From positions 12,586,001-12,650,000 of the forward strand of contig CM059453.1 of assembly GCA_030390025.1 (NCBI GenBank): DNA of 64,000 nucleotides, given 5' to 3'. Positions 24,901 through 38,500 of the stretch are shown here, in pieces. Under the pieces are notes generated by a model, which made no database searches, had not been told where the DNA came from, and worked only from the letters and a program-made list of their open reading frames with translations. The DNA is from Squalus acanthias. Its lineage: Eukaryota. The stretch's first letter is position 1. Each line of letters opens with the position of its first letter. The translations under genes and the position numbers were made by a program.

Positions 24901-27900
24901 NNNNNNNNNNNNNNNNNNNNNNNNNNNNNNNNNNNNNNNNNNNNNNNNNNNNNNNNNNNNNNNNNNNNNNNNNNNNNNNNNNNNNNNNNNNNNNNNNNNN
25001 NNNNNNNNNNTTATATAGCGCCTTTCGCGATTACAGGACGACCCAAGGTGTTGCGGGTAATGATGATGGTCATCACGAAGGTGATATTGATCGTGATCTT
25101 GATGATAATGGTGAGGAAGTGCATGATGGTGATGTTGATGGTGCTGACAAAGGCGATGTTAATGGTAATGATGTTGATGGTAATGGCGATGGTGTCAATG
25201 CCGATGGTGATTCTGATAGAAATAGTGATAATGATGGCGACGGTGAAGGTTAAGATGAAGTTGATCATGGTGCTGATGATGGTGATGATGATGGAATCCT
25301 TGATGAAGATGGTGACGAAGTTTGTAATTGTGAGGATGTTGCTAATAATGGTGATGGTGCTTTTAATGATGATAATGATGATGGTGATGCTGATGATGTT
25401 GGTAATAATGATGATTACAATGAATGTGACAAAGGTAGCGGTTATCATTTTATTTTTCGTATATCTGTGATAATTCGCAAAGTAAAGCTACATGCAAATG
25501 TAAATGGGCAAAATTGCTCTTTGGATCAGATCAGATGCAGAACATTCTACTTCTGAAACATATTGAATGATAATCCTCGTTGTTGATCATATAAAATGGA
25601 GAGAATCACATAGGAAGCTTGTGTTGCACTTCACCCCATTGTCTTTGCAGTTGACGTCATTGGAATGGACACTCATGAGGAGTGTTCGATGGGCTACTGA
25701 GAAAATACATTTCACCCCCAAAAAGTTCAGCATTGCCTGGATGTACCAATCGAAGGATGATTGCAATCAAAACCTAACAATTTGCATCTCTATCGCGCCA
25801 TCATAGCATCTGTAAAAGGAATAAGGGAGGTGTACCTGAATTGGAATCCATGTTTTTTTGGGATGCCTGAAGGGCTCTGTTCTTTTTCGTTGCAGGATTG
25901 GATGATTCAACGAAAACTCCAGGGGGAGGAGGTTAGCACACAATGAACGACAGCTGATTAAATTACGAGGGCCGACACTGGAAATGGGCGGAGACACCAA
26001 ATTGGCGGAATCTCTTTCGGCATCCTTCAGAGGACTTCGGGTCTGTTGAACAAAATGGGACGGATTACGGGGAGACTCGTATAACGGGCGATCGAAGCAA
26101 TACCGCCCGCTTTTCTTCCCCGCCCACATACAAATTATCCCTAAGACTCTGAGCGTCAATCTGACAAGCAGCAAATTGCAAGTATGACATAACTTGAAGT
26201 GTCAGGAAGCTCTTTAACAATGAAAGGTTTTAACAGTTATTATTTCTGTATTCTAGAGCAAGGTGCATCCAAAGGAGCGTTGAAAGATTTAGGTAAAAAA
26301 GAGTTTTCGGCCTATAGATTATTTTGTACAGTTATTATCTCAACAGCCCAATCCTTGGCTTGAAGATAATCATAATTCAGCAAAGGTTCAAAGAGCTTTG
26401 ACACAAGTATGCCTCAGCCAATCACAACTTGCTGTGTTGAACTACATTCTTGGTAATAAACTTTCCTGTGTGTTCTGAATTAAATTCCTCGCTGCTTACA
26501 GAAGAGAAGCTGAAAGCAACAGAAGACGGTAATTGAATTTTAATTTCAATGTTTACAAATGCATTCGAACTGGAATTAATAAGAACATAGGAACAGGAGA
26601 AGTACATTGAGCCACTCGGGCTTTTTGCCCCATACCTAAATTGAACAATGTTCCCCCAAACTTTGAAACAAAAAGAAATGTTGCATTATAAATTAAACGT
26701 GACAGTGGCGGAATGGTGGAGAACCTGAGAACACAGCTTTAAGGTGATTTGCAAAAGGACCAAATGCGACATGAAGGAAAATGTTTGTTTACAGCGAGTT
26801 GTTCACATCTGGAATGCACAGCCTGAAAGAGTGGTGAAGGTAGACTCAATCACTGCTTTCAAAAGACAACTGGCTAAGTAATTGAAGTAAAAATGATGAA
26901 GGGAAAGAGGGAAAGAGCGGGGGACTGGGACTAGCTGAAGCGTTCTTGCAGAGAGCTGGAATGGGCTCCATGGGCAGAATGACCTCCGTCTCTGCTGTTA
27001 ACATTGTATGAAACTATTATTATACGACCACATGAGAAGTCTCCTCTGTACTCAGCCCTATTTCACCTTTTAACGTCAATTTAAAGAACAATTAGGAGGA
27101 GTGTTTGATAGACTACAGATTGAATATATTTCAACCCAAAATAATCATTATTGACTGGACGTACCAACGGAACTATAATCGCCATTATGATGAAATAAAG
27201 GATGATATTTTGAAAATTTCTCAGCTATACATCTTGACATCTGTCGTTGGTGCATTTAAATCAGAATGCCTCTTCGTGTCGCTTGACTGAAGAGCATTGT
27301 CATTATTCTTCGCAGAACTGGAGGAGTACAAGAAAACTCCAGATGGACAAGGTTCGGACACAATGTAGAGTGATGGGGTAGAAATTCGTCTTGGCTGGAG
27401 GCGGTAAACGAGCAGTTATCACATTGGAAGATGTTGATGTTGAAGTCAATTAAAGTGAATATCGTGCGGGTCACATTACAGGAGACCTATACGAAAAGAC
27501 CAGTTTTACACTAAAGTCCAACATCTAATTCCTGTACTGCTCCTGCTCTATATTAAGGAGGAGTTAAAGTTACATTTATATTACAGTGGTATTAATACCT
27601 AGGCGTGAAATTGGATAAAAGGATGTAAAGCCATAAGAACATAAGAACATAAGAAGTTGGAGCAGGAGTAGGCCATACGACCCTTCGGGCCTGCTCCGCC
27701 ATTCAATAGGATCATGGCTGATCCGAACCTAGACTCACGTCCACTTCCCTGCCCGCTCCCCATAACCCTTAATTCCCTTATCATCTAGGAAACTGTCTAT
27801 CTCCGTTTTAAATTTATTTAATGTTGCAGCTTCCACAGCTCTCTGAGATAGCAAATTCCATAGATTTACTACCCTCTGAGAGAAGAAGTTTCTCCTTAGC

Positions 27901-30900
27901 TCAGTTTTGAAACGCCAGCCCCTTATTCTAAGATTATGTCCCCTAGTTTTAGTCTCACCCATCAGTGTAAACATCCTCCCCGCATCCACCCTTTCAAGCC
28001 CTCTCACAATCTTATATGTTTCGATAAGAGCGCTTCTCATTCTTCTGTATTCCAATGAGTAGAGGCCCAACCTACTCAACCTTTCCTCATAATTCAACCC
28101 CCTCATCTCCGGAATCAACCGAGTGAACCTTCTCTGAACTGCCTCTAGAGCAAGTATATCTTTTCTTAAATATGGGAACCAAAACTGTACGCAGTATTCC
28201 AGGTGTGGCCTCACCAGTACCCTGTATAGCTGAAGCAAGACTTCCATATTCGCAGAATCTCCAATTGCGCCCGTTGTAAGACACACCCCATATTCAGTTC
28301 TTTGAAGACAATGGAACTGAGTATGGCGAGTTGCATATAACGGGTGACTGATGCAATAGGACCCTTTCTGCGTGCCCGGCCATTTTAAATTGCACACCTG
28401 AATCCCTGACGAACAATCTGATGAAGGATCTTCAGCAGCAATCAGCTGGTTTATCGTGACTGTGTGTTGCTTCCCTGTAAAGCAATGTTCGATGGAAAAA
28501 CCACTGTTCCCGTGAGAAAGTGGCACAATACAATATTTACAACAAGAGCAGCTGAATTCTGCCGTGTGTCCACGGACAATATTTATCCCTCAAAGAAGAA
28601 CACTAAAAAACATATTAGCTGGTAATTTATTTCATTGCGGATTGTGGGAGCTGTCTATGTGGAAATTGGCTGCCTCGTGATCAGCATTACAACTGTATCG
28701 ACGCTTCAAATGTTTGTCATTGGCTGTGAAACGCAATCGGTATCCTGGAGGTGGTAAAAGGCACGATAGAAGTGTAAGTTATTTCATTCTTAAAACGGCC
28801 TCTGCCCAATTGAAACTGACAATTCATTCACAAAGTTTCGGAAATCTGTACAAACTTGGGCTGAAATGTAACAAATTTCAATTGAAAAGGATGGGATGAA
28901 ATGTTTATTGTCGTCTATTCCAGTACTCGCTGACTGTAAAGAATTAGTGAAGAATGCAGGTTAGAAACGGGATTTCTATCTGTACCAAATACTGGAAAGT
29001 TATAGCACATAACAGATTAAATTATTTACCGTACTCAGAAAAAAGCACTCTTTCACTGAGCTATTAAACATGTTAGCTTTCCCTTCTCATTTAACATGAT
29101 CTCCTGTCTCTAAAATTCTAATGCTGCCCTTAAACATATTCATAAAATTTCCCTTTCAATATCCTACCATATGCTGGTTGGCTTATATTGGCTCCGGATC
29201 GGCCAAATTATTCAGCGTCCTCTCAATCAAAATTACACTGTAACTTTCGCTAACTGGACAAATATCCGAGATTTTGCATTCATCCAATCACATCCTCCAA
29301 TACATCGTGTGCAAGTCCTATCTTCTTCGCCCCATCATTGACATCCGGGCCTTCCGCCGCTTTGTCCCGAAGCTCTGGGATAAACTGCCGAAACCGACCG
29401 CCTCTCTCCTTTCTCTCATTCATTAAGGCGCTCTTTCAAATGTATTTCTTTGATCAAGCTTTTGTTACCATGCGCTAATAAATAAATTTAATCTGGCCTC
29501 GTAAAAAGTAAACGAAGCACTTGGTCTAATTTCCAATGGAACAGAAAAGAAAAACAATGAATTAGTGTCATATTTGTATAGAACCTTGGGCAGAGCGCTT
29601 TTGGAATAATGTGCAAAGTTATGTTCTCAATATTATTAAAAAGTAATAAAGTTCCAACAGGCTGTATTCTAAGCTTTACAGTCTATGATTGTCAATGAAT
29701 CGTCGTACAAAAGAAATAGCGGAACACAAATTGCTTTTTACGTTTGTCTTTCTTAGAATTACTAATTCCTGTTCATTCACAAATTGAATGATTTGCTCCT
29801 TTACAGAAGATAAGTTGAAAGCAACAGAGGACGGTAAGTGAATTTCAAATTCAGTGTTTACAAATGTAGAATAACTGGAATAACTAAGAACAAAGGAACA
29901 GCAGTAGAACATTGAGCAACTCGGGCCTTTTCCACAATAGCTTTAGTGAACAATGTTCCCCTCAAGATGAATCAGAAAAAAACTTGTAAACTGAAGTAAA
30001 CGCGACCGTTGTGTCGTTTTTCTGATGATGGTGAGGGTGATGATCAAAATGATGTTGGAAAAGCTGATGATGATACTGACGGTTATCCTGGTGCTGGTGA
30101 TGCTAATGATTATGATCATGGTGAAAGGAATGATAATGATGAGCATCATAATGACGATGATGATGATGCCTATGATGGAGACGCTGATGATGGCTGTCGT
30201 AGAGATCATGGGGTTTATATTGATGATGGTGATGATGTTTATGATTCTGATGATAGGGCTGATTATAATGATGTTGTGGATGGTGTTGTTGGAGCTGTTG
30301 ATCATAATGATGGTGATGCTGATGATGGCGATGGTACTGATGATGGTGACGAAAGTGATAATGGTGCTGTTGATGACCAGATGGCCGAGAGAAGCTGAGT
30401 TTGTTCTACTTAGAGCAGAAAAATTTCTGCGGAGATTTAATGGAGGTGCTGAAAATAATGATGGCTCTTGACAGAGTAGATAGAGATAAACTGTACCCTT
30501 TTGCTTAAGGGTCGAGACCCAGAGGTCACAGATATAATGTGATTGACAAAAGAACCAAAGGCAACATGAAGAAATACTTTCTTTCCACAGGGAGTGGTTT
30601 GGATCTGGAATGCACTGCCTGAAAGGGCGGTGGAGTCAGACACAATCGGGGCTTTCAATGGGGAATTGATTAATTACCTGAAAGAATAAATAATGAAGGG
30701 CAACAGGTATAGGGCGCGGGAGTGGAACTAGCTGAAATGCTCTTGCAGAATGCAGGCATGGGCTCGACGGACGGAATGACCTCCGTGTGTGCTGTCAACA
30801 TTCTATGATCCCATTATTATATGATCACATCAGAAGCCTCTTCTGCTCTCAGTTATATTTCATCTTTTGAACGTCAATGTAAAGAACAATTAGGAATTCC

Positions 30901-33900
30901 GTTTGCTGGGATACCGAGTGACTATGTTTCATCCTAAAATATTCATTAATGACTGGATGTACCAAGTGAACATTAATGGCAGACATAATGAAAAAACTTG
31001 CCTCCATATATCGCCTATAATATAATAAACTGCCCAAAGTCGCATCACAGGAGCATTTTCAAACACAATGTGCCAAACAGACACTTCAAGTTATAATGGG
31101 ATTGGTGCTCAATCGCTAAGACAAATTGATAGGGTTTAATGAGCGAATTAAAGTAGGAGAGAGAGTTAGCGATGCGGATAGGTTTTGGGGAAGGAATGCC
31201 AGAGATCAAGACCTGGGCATCTGAAGGCTCGGCTGCCAAAATTTGGATCGATGAAAATTCGGGGATGGGTATGCGGCCAAAATTGGAGGAGTGCAGAGAT
31301 TTCGACGTGTTGAATGTCTGGAGAAGTTGACGGAGATAGGGGCGAGTGTCGCCACGAAGGATTTGTAAAAAAGTTTGATATTTTGAAAATTTCTCAGCTC
31401 CGCATTTTGGCATCTGTAGTTGGTGCATTGAAATCAGAATCTCTCTTTGTATGGTGGCCTAAAAGGCTTTGTTATTATTCATCGTAGAACTGGAAGAATA
31501 CAAGAAAACTCCAGACGGACAAGGTTCGGACACAATGTAGAGCGGTGGGGTAGAAATTTGTCTTGGCTGGTAGCGGTAAATGAGCAGTTATCACATTGTA
31601 ATCCCAACATACTTTAATGCTGAAGTCAATCGTAGTGAATATCGTGCGGGTCACATTACAGGAGGCCTATACCGTAAGGCCAGTTTTACACTAAAGCCCA
31701 ACATCTAATTCCAATACTGGTCCTTTTCAATATTAAGGAGGAGATAATGTTACCTTTGTATTAGAATTGTATGAATACCTAGGCGTGAAATTGGACAAGG
31801 GAGGTAATAGCATATTCGCAAAGACTCGCTTTGCGCCCGATCTAATACACACCGCATATTCAGGTTTTTGAAATCAATGGAACTCAGTACCGCGAGTTGC
31901 ATATAAAGGTGACTGACGCAATAGGGCCGGTTATGCGTGCCCTGTCAATTCCAATTGCACACCTCAAACCCTGACGGGCAATCAGACGAAGAGGTTTCAG
32001 CATCAACCAGCTGGTTTACCGTTAATGTTTGTTGCTTCCCTGTGAAGCAATATTGGCTGGAATAATCACTGTTCCCAAAAGAAAGTGACAGAATACAATA
32101 TTTAGAAGCTGATCAGCTGAATTCTACCTGGTGTCCCGGGACATTATTTATCTCTCAAACAACAACACTAAAAAACAGCAGATTATCCAGTCATTTACTT
32201 CATTTCGTTTTGTGGGAGATAGCTGTCCGCAAATTGGCTGCCACATTTCCAACATTACAACTGTGACTACGCCTCCATTATAATTCATTGGCTGTGACTC
32301 GTCTTCGGAAGCCTAGAGGTCCTGAAAGGCACGATAGAAATACAAGCTATTTCTTACCACGTCCTTCGCGCAATTGAAACTGGCAAGTTATTCGCAAAGT
32401 TTTGGAAATCTGTACAAACTTGGGGGAGAAATGTAACGAAATTCTATTGAGATGGATGGGATGCAATGTTTATTGTTGTGTATTCCAGTACTCGCTGCAT
32501 GTAAAGAATTATTGAAGAATACAGGTAAGAAATGGTATTTCTACCGGGACAGAAGATTGGAAAGTTATAGGATATAATCGAATAAATTCTTTACAATAAT
32601 CAGAATGATGCAATCTTTCAGTGTGCTATTAAAAATGTTAGCTTTCCCTACTTATTTTGAATTAAAATCTGTCTCTAAAATTCTAATGCTGCCCTTAACC
32701 ATATTTACACAATTTCCCTTTCAAAATTCCACCATGTGCTCATTGACCTGTATTGGCTCCGGATCGGTCAACACATTTGTCTTAAATTTGTCATCCTTGG
32801 GGTCAAAATATTCAGTGTCCTCTTAATCTCCATTTCGCTGTAACATTCGCTAAGTAGATAAATATCCAAGATTATGCATTCAGCCAAATCCATTTTCCAA
32901 TACCTCTTGTGCACGCCCTATTTCCATCGCTCTACCATTGACATTTGTGCCTTGCGCCGCTTTGAACCTAAGCTCTGGAATACACTGCCTAAACCAAGCG
33001 CCCCTCCTCCTCTCTTTCTTCCATTAAGGCGCTCTTTAAACATTAACGCTTTGATCAAGCTTAAGTCTGCAAGGCCTAATAAATGAAAACTGTGTAAATA
33101 GGAGAGAGGAAAACTATCATCGAGTGGAACAGATAAACTCATCTGTGAAAGTAGGGACCCAAGTTAATCAGGCCACGAAAAAAGCAAACGAAGGACTCAG
33201 GACTTATTTCCAAAGGAACAGAACTGATAAGCTGAGAGTTATTGTCATATTTGTGTAGAACTTTGGGCAGAGCGCTCTTGGTATACTGTGCAAAGTTATG
33301 GTCTCAATATTATAAAAATGATATAGAGTCCCAATGGAAACTGTAAAAAGTCGTTACAAGGATGATACTTGAACTGAGAGTATAAACTATTGATAAAGAC
33401 CGATAAGGTGGCTGATCTTTATCTCGAAATCTGAAGTCGCAGGGGTGATCTGATAGAAATCTTTAAAACTTCGAACAGTTTAATACGGTAGATGTAGCGA
33501 AATGATTCCATTTGTGGTGGAGAGCAGAACTAAATGCGGGAAATGTAAGATAATTACTAATAAACCCTGCAAGTAATTTTGGTGAAAGTTCTCTAACAGT
33601 GCATGTTGAAATCGATGGAGTAGTTGGGCAAATAGCATTGCTGTGTTTAAGGGGAAGCTAGATAAACACGTGGGCCTGAAGGGAATAGAGGATTATACGG
33701 TTCGTCTGAGACCAAATATGATTGGAGAAGGCGCGTGTGGAGCATAAATATCGGCATGTTGGGCCAAAAGGCTGTTTTCTAAGCTTTACAGTCTATGATT
33801 GGCAATGAAGTGTTACACAAAAAAAAAGCGAAGCACAAGTTGCTTTTTACGATTGACATTCTTGGAAATATGAATTCCTGTTCATTCACAAATGAAATGA

Positions 33901-35547
33901 TTTGCTTCTTTACAGAAGATAAGTTGAAAGCAACAGAAGAAGGTAATTGATTTTGCATTTATTGTTGATAAATGAATCTCAACTATATATGGTTCCTTTC
34001 CCCCATACATGAAATTCCGTATTTTTCCAAAATCCATTTGATCCACATTAGGGAAGGAATGTTGGATATGTTATTCAGACTTTCACGAGCAGTGACTCAG
34101 TTGGTTTGATCTCTCGCTGTGAGTCATCACGTGGTGGGTTCAATGACCACTAAAGTGACTGGGATACTAATTCTAGTCTGGCACTCCAGTGAAAGTATTG
34201 ATCGAGTGCTTCAATGTCGGAGGCATCGCCTGCTGGACGATATTCCGATCGCAGGCCTCACGCGGGCGGTGGCCTGCGATCTGGAAAAATCTGCGCCCTT
34301 ATCTGAGGGCTCCCAGAAGGCGCACAGTTTCGATGCTGGGCCTCTCCAAGCTGCCTGTGTGCAGGGCCCAGGTAGTTCGCAGCGTCCCTGGGATCACGTG
34401 GGCCATGGGGAGCCAATCAAAGAATGGAATCTCCCTTCATACATTTGACAGGAAGGCCTGTCAAATATATGAATGGAGATCACCCCCAAAACATTGTAAT
34501 ATTTATTAAATTTTAAAAAAAATCACATTTTTAAAATGACTTAAAAGTACAATAAATTAACTAATTTTTTCAAAAACATAATTAAAGTTTTTTACGGGGC
34601 TAAAAATAAACTTCCTTTTTTAAAGAATATTTTTTTAAACTTTTTTCAACTCTTATCCTGGTAAAAGCAGGCCTTACGCCTGCTTTTACCAGGCGCAAGA
34701 ATTGTAAGAGTTTGCTGCGGGCGGAGGGTCTCCAAAAAGCGGAAATCTCCGCCCGCAGAGGTCCTTCGCCCGGGCAGCCGAAGGATCTGTCATGAGCTTT
34801 CTTGACAGATCGGAAATGCCGGTTTCCAGCGCATGGGCAGTGCATGCCTGAAATCGGCCTTTCCGATGTCTCTGCCGGTGGGTACACAGCGCGTACCCAC
34901 CCGTAGGGATCGGAATATCCGGCCCAATCAACGGAAGCTCTCTCCGCCCTATCAAGTGGATGTCATGGCATTATTTCGAAGAGTAGGCGGTGAGTTGTCG
35001 CCGGGATACTGTCGAATATTTATCCCTCAACCAACGTCAGGAAATAAACAGATGGTCTGGTAATTATCTCCTTGCTATCTGTGCGGCATTGCTGTGCGTT
35101 TTTGCCTCCCAACTTTCCTAAATATAGTACAACGTAGTTATCAAGCAAATTGGGATGTTCTGCCGTCGTGATCAATAGAACGTGTACCTTTATTAAGACG
35201 TTTTTGAAATCTGTAGAAAGGTTGAAAGGTTGGGTGTTCATAAAGGTCATGAATTTCTATGAAAACGTTGGAGCTGAAACGTTTCATTTGCGGTATTGCA
35301 GATCTCGCTGCTTGCAAAGAAACTTTAAAAGATGCCGGTGAGAGAATGGAAATATTCTATTTTTTAAATGTTCTTGCACCGTTATGTTTTAAACTGAATT
35401 AGAATAAAGCAAAGAATGCAAGAAAGAAAGATTGCAAGAAAGCAAGAAAGAAAGAAAACAGAAAGAAAGAAAGCAAGAAAGCAAGAAAGAAGGAAAGCAA
35501 GAATGAAAGAATGAAAGAAAGAAAGACAGGAAGAGAGAAAGAAAGAT

Positions 35548-35582
<35 letters not shown>

Positions 35583-38500
35583 CTTGCATTTATCTAGCTC
35601 CTTTCGCGATCACAGGACGACCCAAGGTGTTTCGGGTAATGATGATGGTCATCATGCTGGTGATATTGATCATGATCCTGATGATGATGTTGAGGAATTG
35701 CATGATGGTGATGGTGATAGTGATAACAATGTTGATGTTTATGGTAATGATGTTGTTGGTGATGGAGATGGTGACAATGCTGTTGGTGATGCTGATTGAA
35801 ATAATGATAAATGCTGGTGACGGTGAAGGTTAAGATGAAGTTGACCATGGTGCTGATGATGGTGGTGATGATGGTAACCTTGATGAAGATGTTGACGAAG
35901 TTGCTATTGGTGAGGATGCTGATAATAATGGTGATGATGCTGTTGAGGATGATGATGGTAACAATGAATGCGACAAAGGTAGAGGTCATTATTTTATTTT
36001 TCTTATATCTGTGATAATTCTCAAAGAAAAGCATCATGCATATGCAATTTGTATCAGACCTACTTTTTCTCTGAGAGATGCAGAACATTCTACTTCAGAA
36101 ACATAGTCAATGATAATTCTGTTGGTTGATCATATAAAATGGAGGGAATCACATCGGAAGCTTGTGCAGCACTTCACACGATTGTCTTTTCAATTGACGT
36201 CCTTGGAATGGACAATCATGAGGAGTGTTCGATGCGGTATCGAGGAAATGCATTTCACCCCCAAAAGGTTCACCATTGACTGGATGTACCAATTGAAGGA
36301 TGATTGCAATTAAAACCTAACAATTTGCATCTATATAGCGCCATTAACATAATAACATACCCCAGCCGCATACACTGAGAATCATGAAGAGATATTAAGA
36401 CTGGAGATCAAAAACAACGTGATAGGTTCGACGATGCGTTCGCCAATGATGGTGCGAAGTCTACGCGGCCAGAATTGGAGGAAGAGATCTGTGGGCGTTT
36501 AATGCCGGAGGAGGTTTCAGAGGTAGGGAGGGGGCGCAGACAGAGAAGGATGTGGTGAAAAGGTGAGAAATTGAAACATTTTGATCTCAGCATCATGGCC
36601 TCTGTAAAAGCAATAAGAGAGGTGTACTTGAAATCGGAATCCATGTCCGTATGGGATGCCTGAAGGGCTCTGATCTTTTTTGTTGCAGGACTGGATGAGA
36701 CCACGAAAACTCCAGGTGGAGGAGTTTCGCACTCAATGAACAGTGCTGGGGTTGTCACTCGTTTGGGGCGCTACTGCTAAACAGAGCGGTATCACATTGG
36801 TGCCAATTATGCATTGGTGTTTATATTCATTGGAACTAAATATCAGCCAGCCGATATGATAACGACCATTTCTACCATAGTTCCACTGTAAGGGATGAGA
36901 TAAAGTCTCCTTTGTATTACAGCTGATTATAAAAAGAGGGCCGACATTGGAAATTGGCGAAGACACCAAATTGGCGGAATGTCTTTTGGCATCTTTCAGA
37001 GGCTTCGGCTCTATTGAGCACAATACCGCCCAATTCCAATTTCACACCTAAGTCTCTGAGGGGAAATCTGAACTGCAGCAAATGGCTAGTATAACATAAC
37101 TGGAAATGTCAGGAAGCGCTTTAGCAATGAAATGTTTGAAACGGTTATTATTTCTTTATTCCAGAACCCGGTGCATCCAAAGCAGCTTTGAAAGATTTAG
37201 GTAAGAAAGTCTGTAGAGTACTTTTGTACAGTTATAAACTACAACAGCACAATACTTTGCTTGACAATAATTATAATGAAGCAAAGGTTCAAAGGTTGTG
37301 ACGCAAGCATGTCTTTGTTAGAAAAACCTTGTTATTTTTATTATCTCCAGACTCGACTATTCCAATGCTGTCCCGGCCGGACTCCCACTTTGCTCATTCC
37401 GAAAACTTCAGCTCACAGTAAAGTCTCCAGCCTGCATCCCAACTCACAACTAGTTCCATTCAACCATCACCATTATCTGGCTGAATTGCATTGGCACCCG
37501 GTCCCACTACACCGCGATTTTAAAGTTTAATTCACTCCCTGGCCTGAGGCCCTCTCGATCTCTGTAAAGTCCAGCAGAACATTCATAGCCCCCACCCGAT
37601 ATTCACTTCCTTTAATTTGGACTGATTTACATATCAAGCGGGGTCTATAATAGGCGGCCGGTACAATAGCACCTTAAACATCTTAAACAGGAAGATTTTT
37701 CGACACAGCATGTGCTAAAATTTTCCTAATATAGCAAGTAAGCATATGATTGGGTGACGTCCTGTGTCGTACAGAAAAACACAGCCAATCACAACTTGCA
37801 TTGTTAAACTACATTCTTGGTAATAAACTTTCCTGTGTGTTCTCAAATAAATTCCTCGCTATTTCCAGAAGAGAAACTGAAAGCAACAGAAGATGGTAAT
37901 TGATTTTGAAATTCCCTGTTTACAAATTCTTTATAATTGGAATTAATAAGAACATAGGAGCAGGATTAGAATATTAAGCCACTCGGGCTTTTTCCCCATA
38001 CCTATACTGAACAATGTTCCCTCAAAAAGTGAAACAGAAAAGAGAAATGTTAAAAATGAAATTAAACACGACGGTGGTGGCATTTTTCTAATGATGTTGA
38101 GTTTCATGATATTAATGATGATGGCAAAGGTGATGATGATGCTGACTGTTGTCCTGGTGCTGGTGATGCTGACGGTTATGTTCATGGTGATGGGAATGTT
38201 AATGATGAGCATCATTGTTGGTGAAAAATGAATTCACTCGAGTCTGTCTCAAAGCAGAAGATCACAGTTTAATTAACAGAGCTCTCTGGGAGAAGAGTCA
38301 TAGATCCTGCGATCCAGAGATTCACTTCTCGTCCTTACAGGTATCAAAACTTATTTTATACATTATAGGGTCGGGTACAAAACTTCCTCACCCGATTACA
38401 TTTCCCCAGCAACAACTTTTCATTATAACACATCATTTTTTACTTCCTAACCGAAACTATAAACATCGAAATGTGGTCAGCATTGTCTAGTATTACTGTC

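Noticed and set aside
27735-28526. Longest ORF (263 aa)
   Set aside because: Chance read-through from intronic sequence into a truncated CR1 ORF2 fragment; the upstream part is not open in paralogous introns.
35597-35627. Possible extra exon between A' and C' (ttatctag|...gacgacccaag|gtgtt)
   Set aside because: About 29 nt and not a multiple of 3. GT is missing in the copy near 12980, AG is missing near 54345 and 59780, and a purine-rich tract precedes it.
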